Positions 20,401 to 28,800 of a stretch of 64,000 nucleotides of DNA are shown piece after piece. Within the stretch, counting starts at the first letter, position 1, and the number at the start of each line of letters is the position of its first letter. Under the pieces are notes generated by a model that saw only the letters and a program-made list of their open reading frames with translations, made no database searches and was not told where the DNA came from. Position numbers and translations under genes: made by a program. The DNA is from a virus (Duplodnaviria > Caudoviricetes), in the IMG/VR virus record IMGVR_UViG_3300021387_001106, positions 34,633 through 98,632 of that record, one strand, 5' to 3'.

Positions 20401-21633
20401 AAGATTGGGAAGCTGCTTGACACACTTGAACCCGGCTCCGTAGTCACTGTCCCGGCAAATCTTGCGGGGGATGATAAGTACACCTATACAAAAGATGAAG
20501 ATGGAAGATGGGGTGGAAAAGGCACCAACGGAACATGGAAAGCTGAGGACATCGCGTGGGATTTTCTCTATGAAGACCCGAGGGAACGCGCATATATCAG
20601 CAAGTCCGCATTATCGGAAACTGAGAAAGAAAAAGACAGACAGAGCTATGAGGCACGGAATTTCCGCAATCAGGAATCCCCGTGGGCCGGTGACAACTCA
20701 TTGGCTCAAATGGCTGAGGTACAGCTTCAGAGGGAAGACCTGAAGAAAGCCGGTGAAGGCACCGTAGCGGTCGATAAGGATGGAAGACAGCTCCAATGCC
20801 ACGGAGATGGCGTATGGACAGACAGGGACGGAAACATCGTGAAGAATCCATCCGGGCTGAAAGTGGAAGGTGACTACTTCGATATAAACTGCGGATTGAA
20901 CGGCATGGATCCTATCGAAATAAGCAAGGTCAGGGACGTGTTCGATAAAATGCCACCGGATATTCAGGGTATATACGAAAAAACCTTCAGGGAACATGGC
21001 GTAAGACCGTCTGAGGAAGGATGGGACATCTCATATTTCAAACCGTCAGATGGCCGTGTATATCTCCGCGAGGGGTCGTCAGCGGGCACCTTCTTCCACG
21101 AGATGAGCCATGCGCTTGACAGAGGGGCCGTAGACATAGAGTACGTAAAAGAAAACGGAGAGAAATACAGGGTGACGTCTGCGGCGGAAAACCTTGACTG
21201 GCTTGCGCATCCGCTTAAAGAAAAGGGAAGAGAAGACTTCGAGACGATGGCAAAAATCGTCGGATTTAATACTAACGGGAAGGGATGGTTCGCCAACGAG
21301 AAAGAAGAACAGGCGTCCGTCCGACAGTTCATCGACTGGGCATATAAGTATTCCGATATACCGGGATTTGAATGTGTCAGCGATGCAGTAAGCGCAATGA
21401 CATATGACGTATGCGGGGCAAGCATATACTCTGGCGGTCATGACAGGCAGTATTGGACAGGCTCGTACCTTCAGGGCAGAAAGACATCTGCAACGAGCGA
21501 TGAATACTGGGCGAATTTCTGTGAACTTAAAGCGATGCGCTACGATACTGCTCTAAAACTCCTGAAAGTCATTACGCCGAACAGATATGCTGCGGCAGAG
21601 GCGACCTACAAAGAAGCCTTTAAGAAGAGGTAA
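17461..21633 (+). CDS. portal protein (DUF1073-like) fused to Nudix hydrolase and HExxH metallopeptidase-like domains
   Basis: N-terminal ~480 aa portal-like (KIIDAPAEEA, ARLFGGS, IPQTILFGRSPAG, FNPLW); Nudix box GGHIEEGETPGQAAIRETQEEFG; FFHEMSHALD. Confidence 0.85.
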   Translation: MASRKEKIDSLRRYTNLIQKQTGRVVRPYRMDGYVNMLTKYGTSRDASERYEFKQEPPVPDEQLTSFYEGNGLFAKIIDAPAEEAIKHGFELEGLQDQNIEDFYTEALEELDWEETMMTAVKWARLFGGSIAVMMINDGRGVDEPLDWKNITSIDDIRIYDRSLIQPDYGSMFSYDPDDPFGTRGSRLGMPEYYDVYSRYGSFRVHDSRCLVFQNGILPENTSNSVYQLWGMPEYIRLNRAIRDAEVAHGTAPKMLDRSIQAVYRMKDLATELATEEGEDRVLRRLQTIDMARGLLNSITIDSEGEDYDFRQFSFTGVSEVIDTTCNFLSALTSIPQTILFGRSPAGMNSTGMGDLENWYNYLERIQNRMIKKNLRYLLSIIFQAGVCTGEIDEVPPIKVKFNPLWSLSDQEEASLEQMRAQVANTNANTAMVYVQMQALDPSEVRKKLADSEEFDVETLLDEYTEEELEENDPMKKQAEGAMPGMEGGGMPGMPGMPAMPGGPEGAPPEGAPPQAPDAMGGTPTGKVQPNDGPKPEMAQGGKEKDTDIGGNAPAAAPAATKLPVDMSGKEKDKAEEAKEELKKPVDKAKDNTQESTAKPEEKAEDAEDTLRNAWLGVGPEEEKPSDKKIIKKPKKPVDPLPGDTLRNAWLGITPKEEEDEEDTLTKAWHGTEPVDTEDTLRNAWLGNIPVKPPHGSRIVRTRKGDISIRDFRAASREDEENPLTAMYDHEITARNGKTYRAFEGEGYKAYGERMRESSRMDAGAQGAVGVYVIKDGKILTGIRGEGDGQYLLCGPGGHIEEGETPGQAAIRETQEEFGITPMELIPFGKGEKQSNGLRPDLFLCVRFEGKPKCDEHEMHNPRFTAIEEIEHSGRLFRPFENGIQKLIQAVTGKNIHADDEKWITVNGTHVLVDDDGTAKNGGKLKGMSFSKAESEESAKQTNAPGSNKILFQPSKTKINREISDIADKSTQDTVEDDIKKIGKLLDTLEPGSVVTVPANLAGDDKYTYTKDEDGRWGGKGTNGTWKAEDIAWDFLYEDPRERAYISKSALSETEKEKDRQSYEARNFRNQESPWAGDNSLAQMAEVQLQREDLKKAGEGTVAVDKDGRQLQCHGDGVWTDRDGNIVKNPSGLKVEGDYFDINCGLNGMDPIEISKVRDVFDKMPPDIQGIYEKTFREHGVRPSEEGWDISYFKPSDGRVYLREGSSAGTFFHEMSHALDRGAVDIEYVKENGEKYRVTSAAENLDWLAHPLKEKGREDFETMAKIVGFNTNGKGWFANEKEEQASVRQFIDWAYKYSDIPGFECVSDAVSAMTYDVCGASIYSGGHDRQYWTGSYLQGRKTSATSDEYWANFCELKAMRYDTALKLLKVITPNRYAAAEATYKEAFKKR
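19282..19524 (+). repeat. four EDTLRNAWLG-type peptide repeats in the portal linker
   Basis: EDTLRNAWLG, GDTLRNAWLG, EDTLTKAWHG, EDTLRNAWLG. Confidence 0.85.
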
Positions 21634-21638
21634 AACGA

Positions 21639-21845
21639 ATGGATAACTATATGGCTGATATGATGCGCAAGCGGGGGTTTCCGTACACGGCAGATTATAT
21701 CGAGATGTTCGGCATGGACAACATGAACCCGTGGTTCAGGAACGGCGCGAATGAAAAGACAGAAGCATTTTACAAGCAGTGCGTTGAGGAAAAGCGGCCA
21801 TGGGACTATTTTATTGACCCGCCAGACGATGACGTTGTGCTCTGA
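21639..21845 (+). CDS. small acidic protein
   Basis: GAGG RBS overlapping the portal stop region. Confidence 0.6.
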   Translation: MDNYMADMMRKRGFPYTADYIEMFGMDNMNPWFRNGANEKTEAFYKQCVEEKRPWDYFIDPPDDDVVL

Positions 21846-21861
21846 ATGATCGGAGAAGGAT

Positions 21862-22068
21862 ATGTATATACCGCATTATGATACAAAGGCAGACAGGTTG
21901 CCATCGGACGCCACTGCTGAAGAAAAGGGAAGGTTCGAGCGCAGCCACAATGGCTATGGATGGATGCTTTTTTATAAGGAGCTTTATCCAGACCTGTCTG
22001 TCCCATATATGCGGTGGGATGGTAAGGTAATTGACAGCACATGGCTGTCCTTTTTTGATGCCGTCTAA
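21862..22068 (+). CDS. small hypothetical protein
   Basis: GGAG/AAGG RBS, 68 aa. Confidence 0.55.
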   Translation: MYIPHYDTKADRLPSDATAEEKGRFERSHNGYGWMLFYKELYPDLSVPYMRWDGKVIDSTWLSFFDAV

Positions 22069-22087
22069 CCTGTTACAGGAGATGACT

Positions 22088-23251
22088 ATGGAACGGATAC
22101 AGGCGATAAAACTGAAATCCATACAGATACGCTATCGACTCAGACAGAGGATGGACGGCGGCCCGGGTTCTGGCAACTGGGGGCACGAGGGGAGACCCGG
22201 CAAGATCGGCGGATCGGCGGAAGGCGGCGGCACACATAACCGACAAAAGAACAGGTTCGGCGGCTATACCTCGTTCAGCAAATGGAGAAAAGAATCTGCG
22301 AGGAGCCACGCGCTTACGAGTCAGGACATAAAGGATGTCTACGACTTCGAAGACATTATCATTGTCGACAAAGACGGAAACCGATACCAGAGGAGCGGGC
22401 ACAACTTTGAGTGCAAAACGACCGGGGATAGAAGGGATTTCGCTATTGGGGATGAATGCCGGCTCATCATCCCGAACAAGCTCAGTCCGAATTACAAGGT
22501 CACCCGCGATGATAAGAAGGCAATGGCCTTGAATCAGGAACGGTTTGAAAGAGCGTTCTACCCGGAGGAAAGAGGCGATGCCGATACCAGATACAGGTCT
22601 GAAGCCGGGGAAATATGGAATGGATGCAGCGAAAAAGAAAAAGATTCCATGTATAGATATACCTCGTCGGAGTATAGGAGGATAAACAAAAATGTTCGCG
22701 GCGGTAATACCGATGACGAGGAGTGCAACGAGACCATAGCAGCTATCACGGATGTGATAGACAGGTCCGAATTGAGACAGGATAGTGTCCTCAGGAGAGG
22801 AATATCGCTGGGAGCCGCTGAGAAACTGTTCGGGCTGCCAGAGGGGTATCTGGAGGCCGGCAATCATGCCGATGAAGGGAACATCTCCATGGTCGGCAGG
22901 GTCGGAACTGATGATGCGTTCATGAGCTGCGGTTCATCCCGAGATTCCGGGAATGACCGTCAGGTTGTTCTGGAGATTCTGGCTCCTGAGGGAACCAAGG
23001 CCATGTATTGTGAACCGTTTTCCGCGCACGGCTTGGGTGACAGAAAACTGTGGGACGGGAAAAGCGGACAAGAATACTTTTCCTCTGAATGCGAGAGCCT
23101 TTTGCAAAGAGGAACCACTCTACAGGTCATCAGCCACGAGATGAAGGACTCGTTTGGGTTTACATACCATACGATGAGAGCGGTTATTTTAAGGCAGGAT
23201 ACAGGAAGTTCTGAATACAGTCAAAAGATAAAAAAGGCAAAGTGGAATTGA
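22088..23251 (+). CDS. VIP2/C3-like ADP-ribosyltransferase with RMD-GGPGSGNWGH leader
   Basis: YTSSEYRRIN..., LRRG, FMSCG, SECESLLQRG (R-S-ExE). Confidence 0.75.
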   Translation: MERIQAIKLKSIQIRYRLRQRMDGGPGSGNWGHEGRPGKIGGSAEGGGTHNRQKNRFGGYTSFSKWRKESARSHALTSQDIKDVYDFEDIIIVDKDGNRYQRSGHNFECKTTGDRRDFAIGDECRLIIPNKLSPNYKVTRDDKKAMALNQERFERAFYPEERGDADTRYRSEAGEIWNGCSEKEKDSMYRYTSSEYRRINKNVRGGNTDDEECNETIAAITDVIDRSELRQDSVLRRGISLGAAEKLFGLPEGYLEAGNHADEGNISMVGRVGTDDAFMSCGSSRDSGNDRQVVLEILAPEGTKAMYCEPFSAHGLGDRKLWDGKSGQEYFSSECESLLQRGTTLQVISHEMKDSFGFTYHTMRAVILRQDTGSSEYSQKIKKAKWN

Positions 23252-23296
23252 TTTCAGACACGTATTATCAAAAAACCCGCTATAGGAGAACAGGAT

Positions 23297-24406
23297 ATGC
23301 CATCAATTCAGAATGACTTGAAAAGGATCCGCCTTTCCCTTAAAAAACGAAGAGAAGACGGATATACGGGAGAAAAAACATGCACAGGCGCATATAAAAC
23401 GCATGGGAAAATTGACCGGGGGGCCGCAAGTGCTATAATAAAGTTGAAGGGGGGGAAGGTACGGGCAGATAGCTGCCAAAAAGGACAAGCGGACGGCGGA
23501 CCGGGAAGCGGAAACTGGGGACATGAAGGCAGGGACACAGGTGAACCCGGCGGTTCAAAGCCCGGTGGCGGAAAGAAAAACAGGACATACCGCAATAAAA
23601 TAGGTTTCATTGCAACAATGAAGAAAGGAGACGCTAAACTTCTCGAACGGACAGACAGAAAGGTGGCTAAGATGAGGAAAAAGCTCCCCGGGCTCATGAA
23701 AGAAAGCCATGAAACATGGGAAAGCTGTGTAGCCGCCAGCAAAAGCGGGTCTTCAATCCCTTCCGGGTCTGAGGCAAGAAAAGACAGAGTTTTAAAAGGG
23801 CTTTCGCCGGGGGCACAGAAAAGGTATGACCGAGTTTTCGAAGCAGAACAAAGGATAACAAAAGACCTTATCGGCATTGCGTCCGACAGTGGAACTGAGA
23901 TGTACGGCTTGGATTTTTCGCTGAAGAAGGGTTCCTCTGTGGTAGAGAAGGTCGCAAGGAAAAGAGCGGCGGATATTGCGCGTGAACTTAAACCTAAAAC
24001 AGACGAAGAATATGTATCTCAACTCGGGGACCTTGTCAGGTACACACAACTTTGTGACCATAACAAGATGGCAGACGTCGCAAAGGGCACGCTGTCTTCA
24101 CTGAAGGCAAAAGGATATGACGTAGTCGAGGTAGACAACAAGTGGCAGGATGAGAAGTCCACATACAAAGGATTTCACATAATCGCAAAGGATAAGAACG
24201 GACAGCGGTTTGAACTCCAGATACATTCGAAAGAGAGTATGGATGTCAAGGAGCTTAACCATGTGCAATATGAAGTTGCAAGGCAGCCAAAAGCCAGCGC
24301 TTATGTCAGGGATACGCTCGACCCACAAATGGCTGAAAGAACTGCAAAAATGAAGAAGCCAAAAGGGATGAACGATCCCGCCTTGAAGTCGTGGAAAAAT
24401 GAATGA
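23297..24406 (+). CDS. RelA/SpoT-family nucleotidyltransferase (small alarmone synthetase-like)
   Basis: KKGSSVVEK, DLVRYT, YKGFH, FELQIH correspond to SYN1-4-like motifs. Confidence 0.75.
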   Translation: MPSIQNDLKRIRLSLKKRREDGYTGEKTCTGAYKTHGKIDRGAASAIIKLKGGKVRADSCQKGQADGGPGSGNWGHEGRDTGEPGGSKPGGGKKNRTYRNKIGFIATMKKGDAKLLERTDRKVAKMRKKLPGLMKESHETWESCVAASKSGSSIPSGSEARKDRVLKGLSPGAQKRYDRVFEAEQRITKDLIGIASDSGTEMYGLDFSLKKGSSVVEKVARKRAADIARELKPKTDEEYVSQLGDLVRYTQLCDHNKMADVAKGTLSSLKAKGYDVVEVDNKWQDEKSTYKGFHIIAKDKNGQRFELQIHSKESMDVKELNHVQYEVARQPKASAYVRDTLDPQMAERTAKMKKPKGMNDPALKSWKNE

Positions 24407-24419
24407 AAGGGGGGATAAA

Positions 24420-24677
24420 ATGAGAGAAGTGACCTACTATCTGGCGGATAACTGCGGTAACATTATCCTCATGAAACGTGTGCGCGACCCTAAAAAAGGT
24501 ATTTTTACCGGATATATCTGGAACCCGCACAAATGGGTCGAGGCATGGGAGCTTTGTTGTGATTACTTCTACGGATACGAACCCGCCAAAGTAACAGATG
24601 AAGAGGGGGCCAAGGCTTACATGGTCGAGGCCGGTGTAACCGGGGAACAGGCAGAGGAGTTCCTGAAAGAGGATTGA
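24420..24677 (+). CDS. small protein, candidate immunity partner
   Basis: G-rich RBS; directly follows the synthetase. Confidence 0.6.
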   Translation: MREVTYYLADNCGNIILMKRVRDPKKGIFTGYIWNPHKWVEAWELCCDYFYGYEPAKVTDEEGAKAYMVEAGVTGEQAEEFLKED

Positions 24678-24847
24678 TGAACGAAAAAACGCAAAAGGGG
24701 GGAATAACCTTCCGACCCGGTAAAGACGGCAGCATAGAGGCTGTCAAGGATGGTAAAGTGATAGGGCATATCTGGACGAATGATGATGTGGTCGATACGA
24801 ACGAAACGGACGGTAGAACCAATACTGAGAACAGCACGGATAAATAA
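24677..24847 (+). CDS. 56-aa protein homologous to an internal module of the 25881 protein (not in the ORF track)
   Basis: TGATG overlap; ITFRPGKDGSIEAVKDGKVIGHIWTND. Confidence 0.7.
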   Translation: MNEKTQKGGITFRPGKDGSIEAVKDGKVIGHIWTNDDVVDTNETDGRTNTENSTDK

Positions 24848-24906
24848 TTCATACTAAGCCGGGGGCGGCTTAGAGGGGCAGATAAAAAGAATATATAGTG
24901 TTTTTT

Positions 24907-24932
24907 AAGCAGGGTATACACCCTGCTTTTTT
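24907..24932 (+). terminator. intrinsic terminator
   Basis: aagcagggt-atac-accctgctt plus T run. Confidence 0.75.
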
Positions 24933-24958
24933 ATTGCCCAAAAGAGCGTAGGGGAAGG

Positions 24959-25801
24959 ATGACAGAATACAAGAGCTTTTTCAAAACTGTCGGGGGCAAC
25001 GAGGGCAACAAGTGCCACTACCCGACAAGACTTGATAGCTACGGGTGTGGCTGCGCACATGACTGCAAATACTGCTATGCAAGGTCGCTGCTGGAGTTTC
25101 GCGGGCTGTGGCGTCCCGAGGACCCGTCTGTTGCTGATATAGGCAAGATACGGCGTAAATTGGATAAAGTGGAACCGGGGACGATATTGAGGCTCGGCGG
25201 AATGACAGACTGTTTTCAGCCGATGGAACGCAAACTGGCCATCACATATCAGGTGGTCAGGGAACTGAACAAGCGCCGTATCGGGTACCTGATCGTGACG
25301 AAATCCGCCATGGTTGCGGATGACCGGTACATCGGTGTCTATGACCCGGAACTTGCCCATATACAGGTGACCATTACGGCAACAGATGATGCCGTGGCGC
25401 TTGGATACGAGAAAGCGAGTCCAATTTCAGAGCGTATCAAAGCAGTCGAGAAGCTACAGATGAATGGTCTGGACGTGGCCGTAAGGCTTTCTCCATTCAT
25501 ACCTGAGTATGTAGATTTTGATGTTCTGAACAGCATCAAATGTGACAAGATACTTGTGGAGTTCCTCAGGTCAAATGCCTTTATCCGAAAGACATTCCCA
25601 ATAGACTACTCGGAATACACGGTGAAGCAGAACGGATACTGGCACATGTCGCTCGACAGGAAGAAATACTGGCTATCAAAGATAACGGGTTTCAACGAGC
25701 TGACGGTATGTGATGACGAGACAGAAGCATACGAATATTGGAAACAAAACGTCAACCCGAATCCTGATGACTGCTGCAATCTTCGGAAGGTTGCAATCTG
25801 A
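24959..25801 (+). CDS. radical SAM protein (spore photoproduct lyase-like)
   Basis: GCAHDCKYCYA (CxxxCxxC), GGMTDCFQP, IVTKS, RLSPFIP. Confidence 0.8.
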   Translation: MTEYKSFFKTVGGNEGNKCHYPTRLDSYGCGCAHDCKYCYARSLLEFRGLWRPEDPSVADIGKIRRKLDKVEPGTILRLGGMTDCFQPMERKLAITYQVVRELNKRRIGYLIVTKSAMVADDRYIGVYDPELAHIQVTITATDDAVALGYEKASPISERIKAVEKLQMNGLDVAVRLSPFIPEYVDFDVLNSIKCDKILVEFLRSNAFIRKTFPIDYSEYTVKQNGYWHMSLDRKKYWLSKITGFNELTVCDDETEAYEYWKQNVNPNPDDCCNLRKVAI

Positions 25802-25880
25802 AGGAAGAACTCAAAGAACATAGACGATGAACTATGGGACAGCAATGACTGTTCTTTTTTTTGCACAGAAGGAGGCGCGG

Positions 25881-28800
25881 ATGACCACGCTGGATTTCAA
25901 TAAGGCGGTAATGGCATTTGTGTTCGCCTACCGTGCTGGAAATATCGAGAACGATTCTACACACATGGACAACGCTTACGATGAATGGCTCGAAGAAAAC
26001 CTCGATAAGTTTGAAGACGACGATTCAGAGGTGGCATTTGCCCAATGGAAGAACAGCGAGGGGGAAAAGCCAAGGGACTGTGATGACATCGACATGGTCG
26101 AGGCAATGTGGTTGGAATACAAAGGGCGGAGGAAAGACGGAAAAGACGATGAGGAAGGACGCTGGATTACCACGGAAAACAAGCATAAGGTGCATATCAA
26201 TGAAGAAGGCGTCGCTGACAAAGGGAATCCACATGTCCTTGCCGTGATGAACGAGGGGGAGAAAAGTGCGAGGAATAACAGCAGCCCTAAGGGGACGGCA
26301 AAGCACAAGATCGTTAATGGAAAAGATATTTCTGAATCTTACAGCGGTGAAGGAACCATAACGTCTGTCATACACGAACAGGGATTTGATGGGGTGCCTA
26401 AAGTCGTTTCGGATGATGAGTTTGATGAAGCTGTCAAAGCAAGCGGTTTTGTCGCTCAGAGGACATATTCATCAGAGTCGCCTGAGGTTCTGGATGCATA
26501 CCGGGAAGCACTTTACAGCGGGGAATGGTATGTGGAGTGTACTTATGGAAAGTCAGCATTTGGAAGGGGTATGTATACCGTATCCGATGCCTCGGGGACT
26601 ATAACAGAGGCTGCGGAAGAAGAGGTTGCGAAATATCGAAAGTATGGCCAACATAGCTATACGGAAACGATGACGCTTGCCCCGGGGGCCAAGATAGCAG
26701 ATTACAGAAAAATTGCAGAAGATTGGGAAGATGGCTTTAATCACTACAATGACCTTGAGGAAATAAAAGCCTTAGAGAATAGGGCTCAGGAAGATATTGA
26801 TAAAAAAATAAAAGGACTGGGCAAAAGAGGAAAAGAGTATCTTGATTGGGCAAAGCCTTTAGAAGAAGCCTTTTACAAAGAACAATTTAAGGTAAATTGG
26901 AAAGACGAAAAACAGATAGAAGAATACAACGGGCGGTATAAAAAATTTTACGAGGAAAAGAAAAGAAGGCTCAGCATGTTTGACCCGGATACTGCTCTTG
27001 CATTGGATAAGCCTCATAAGGCAGCTGAGAAAAGATTCAGGGAATTAGAAAAGGAGAAGTTCAAAAAAGGCATTGAGTTGCGTAAAAGATTCAAAGACAT
27101 CAACGCTTATGCAGCGTCGTTGGGATACGATGCGGTCAACGTACCCCACGGAAAGGGGCTCTTTTACACAATCATCCTGAACCGAACGAAGCTCATCATT
27201 AAAGATAAGCGAAATCGGAAAGATGATGAAGATGACAAGCACATCACCTTCCGCCCGGGAAAAGACGGACAGATGTTGGCTGTAAAAGACGGAAAAGTGA
27301 TTGGCTCGGTCTGGACAAACGATGTGCAGTCAGACGATATGCAACATGATTCCGATGAAAGCTCTGGTCCGGTGGAAAGCCTTGGGGACAAGCTCAGAAA
27401 ATTTAGGATGATCCGCAGAAAATATAGGCACGATGCATCCTTTGGAGACGAACCTGTTGATGAACTTATTGATGATTTCGGCCTTGGTGATGACGAAGAG
27501 TGGATAACAGTAAATGGCACGCATATACTCCTGAATCAAGAGGGCAAAGCGGTGAACGGCGGCGACCTTGCCGGGAAGGACTTCTCAAATGCGAAAAGCG
27601 AGCCGACCGTCGCACGCCGTCCTACACCGGAAGTCGGGAAGAGAAAGTCGACGGACTTCCTTCCACTGCATTCCTACAGGGATACAGAAACGTTTAAGGA
27701 CGCAGTGGCCTCTTATAAAGAAGCAAGTGAAAAAGCCGATGAGCTGTGGGCAAAAAGAAAAGAACTTGAAGAAGCTGTCAAAAGCGAGAGCCGACCGAAA
27801 CCGAAAGATGAATGGGATGAGGAAGATGAGTACCAGTCACTGATAGGGAAAAGGCCGAGGATATACACCGAAAAAGGAAAGAAACTCCAAGACGAGTTAT
27901 CAAAAGTCGAGAAGGAGTGGTTTAAACAGAAAAAAGCCAATGACGAAGCATCTGAAAAGCTCGATGCCATGAAAGAGCAGGAACATCAGCGTCAGGCTGC
28001 CGCCTATAAGCCGAACAAGTTCAAGGAAGCTAAAAAGGATGACTATGAAGGGTTCACGCTCGACAAGACCAGCAATTCATTTGGTGATGAGTACCTTCAG
28101 AACGGCAAGGGCAGGATCGTAGAGATGTCACCGAGGGAGTACCTTGAACGGTGTGCTTACGAGATATTCCACAACGGCACAATGGAAAGCACCATGGGGG
28201 CTGTTGACGAAAAGACAACGGACAAATACGCGGAGCAAATGAAGAACGGCGAGAAGTTCGACCTTCCATACCTGAACTACAAGGACATGGGACAGGAGGG
28301 AAGGCACAGGGCTGTAGCTGCATACAAAGCCGGTATCGAAACAATGCCGGTGCTCATTATCGGGGACCCGAAACACAGGAAAGATTCCAAACGACATGAG
28401 CGTATGGATGAAGAACCAGAAGAATGGATTACCGTGAACGGTAACCACATACCGCTTGATGGCGATAAGAAGCCTATCGGCGGACAGATGAAAGCGCTTG
28501 GGAAAGCAGCTCCAAAAGCAAAAGCCCGTCCTGCACACGGGGTGGTATCCAAAAAGACGTCACTCACTCCTGCTCAAAGGAAGCATTATTCGGACGAGCT
28601 CGAACGGATAACAGAAGCTTTCCAGAAGGAGAGGGATTTCCAGAAGAGTGTTAATCCAAAAGTGAAGGACTACGACCCGACCCCGTTTATTGAAAGCGAA
28701 AAGCGAGCAAAAGAACTCCGTGCGGAGGGGGAACGCCTCTGTGGGGAAATGCCGGCGGGGACAATTATCACTAAGGGCACCGAACTGTATGAGAAGACAG

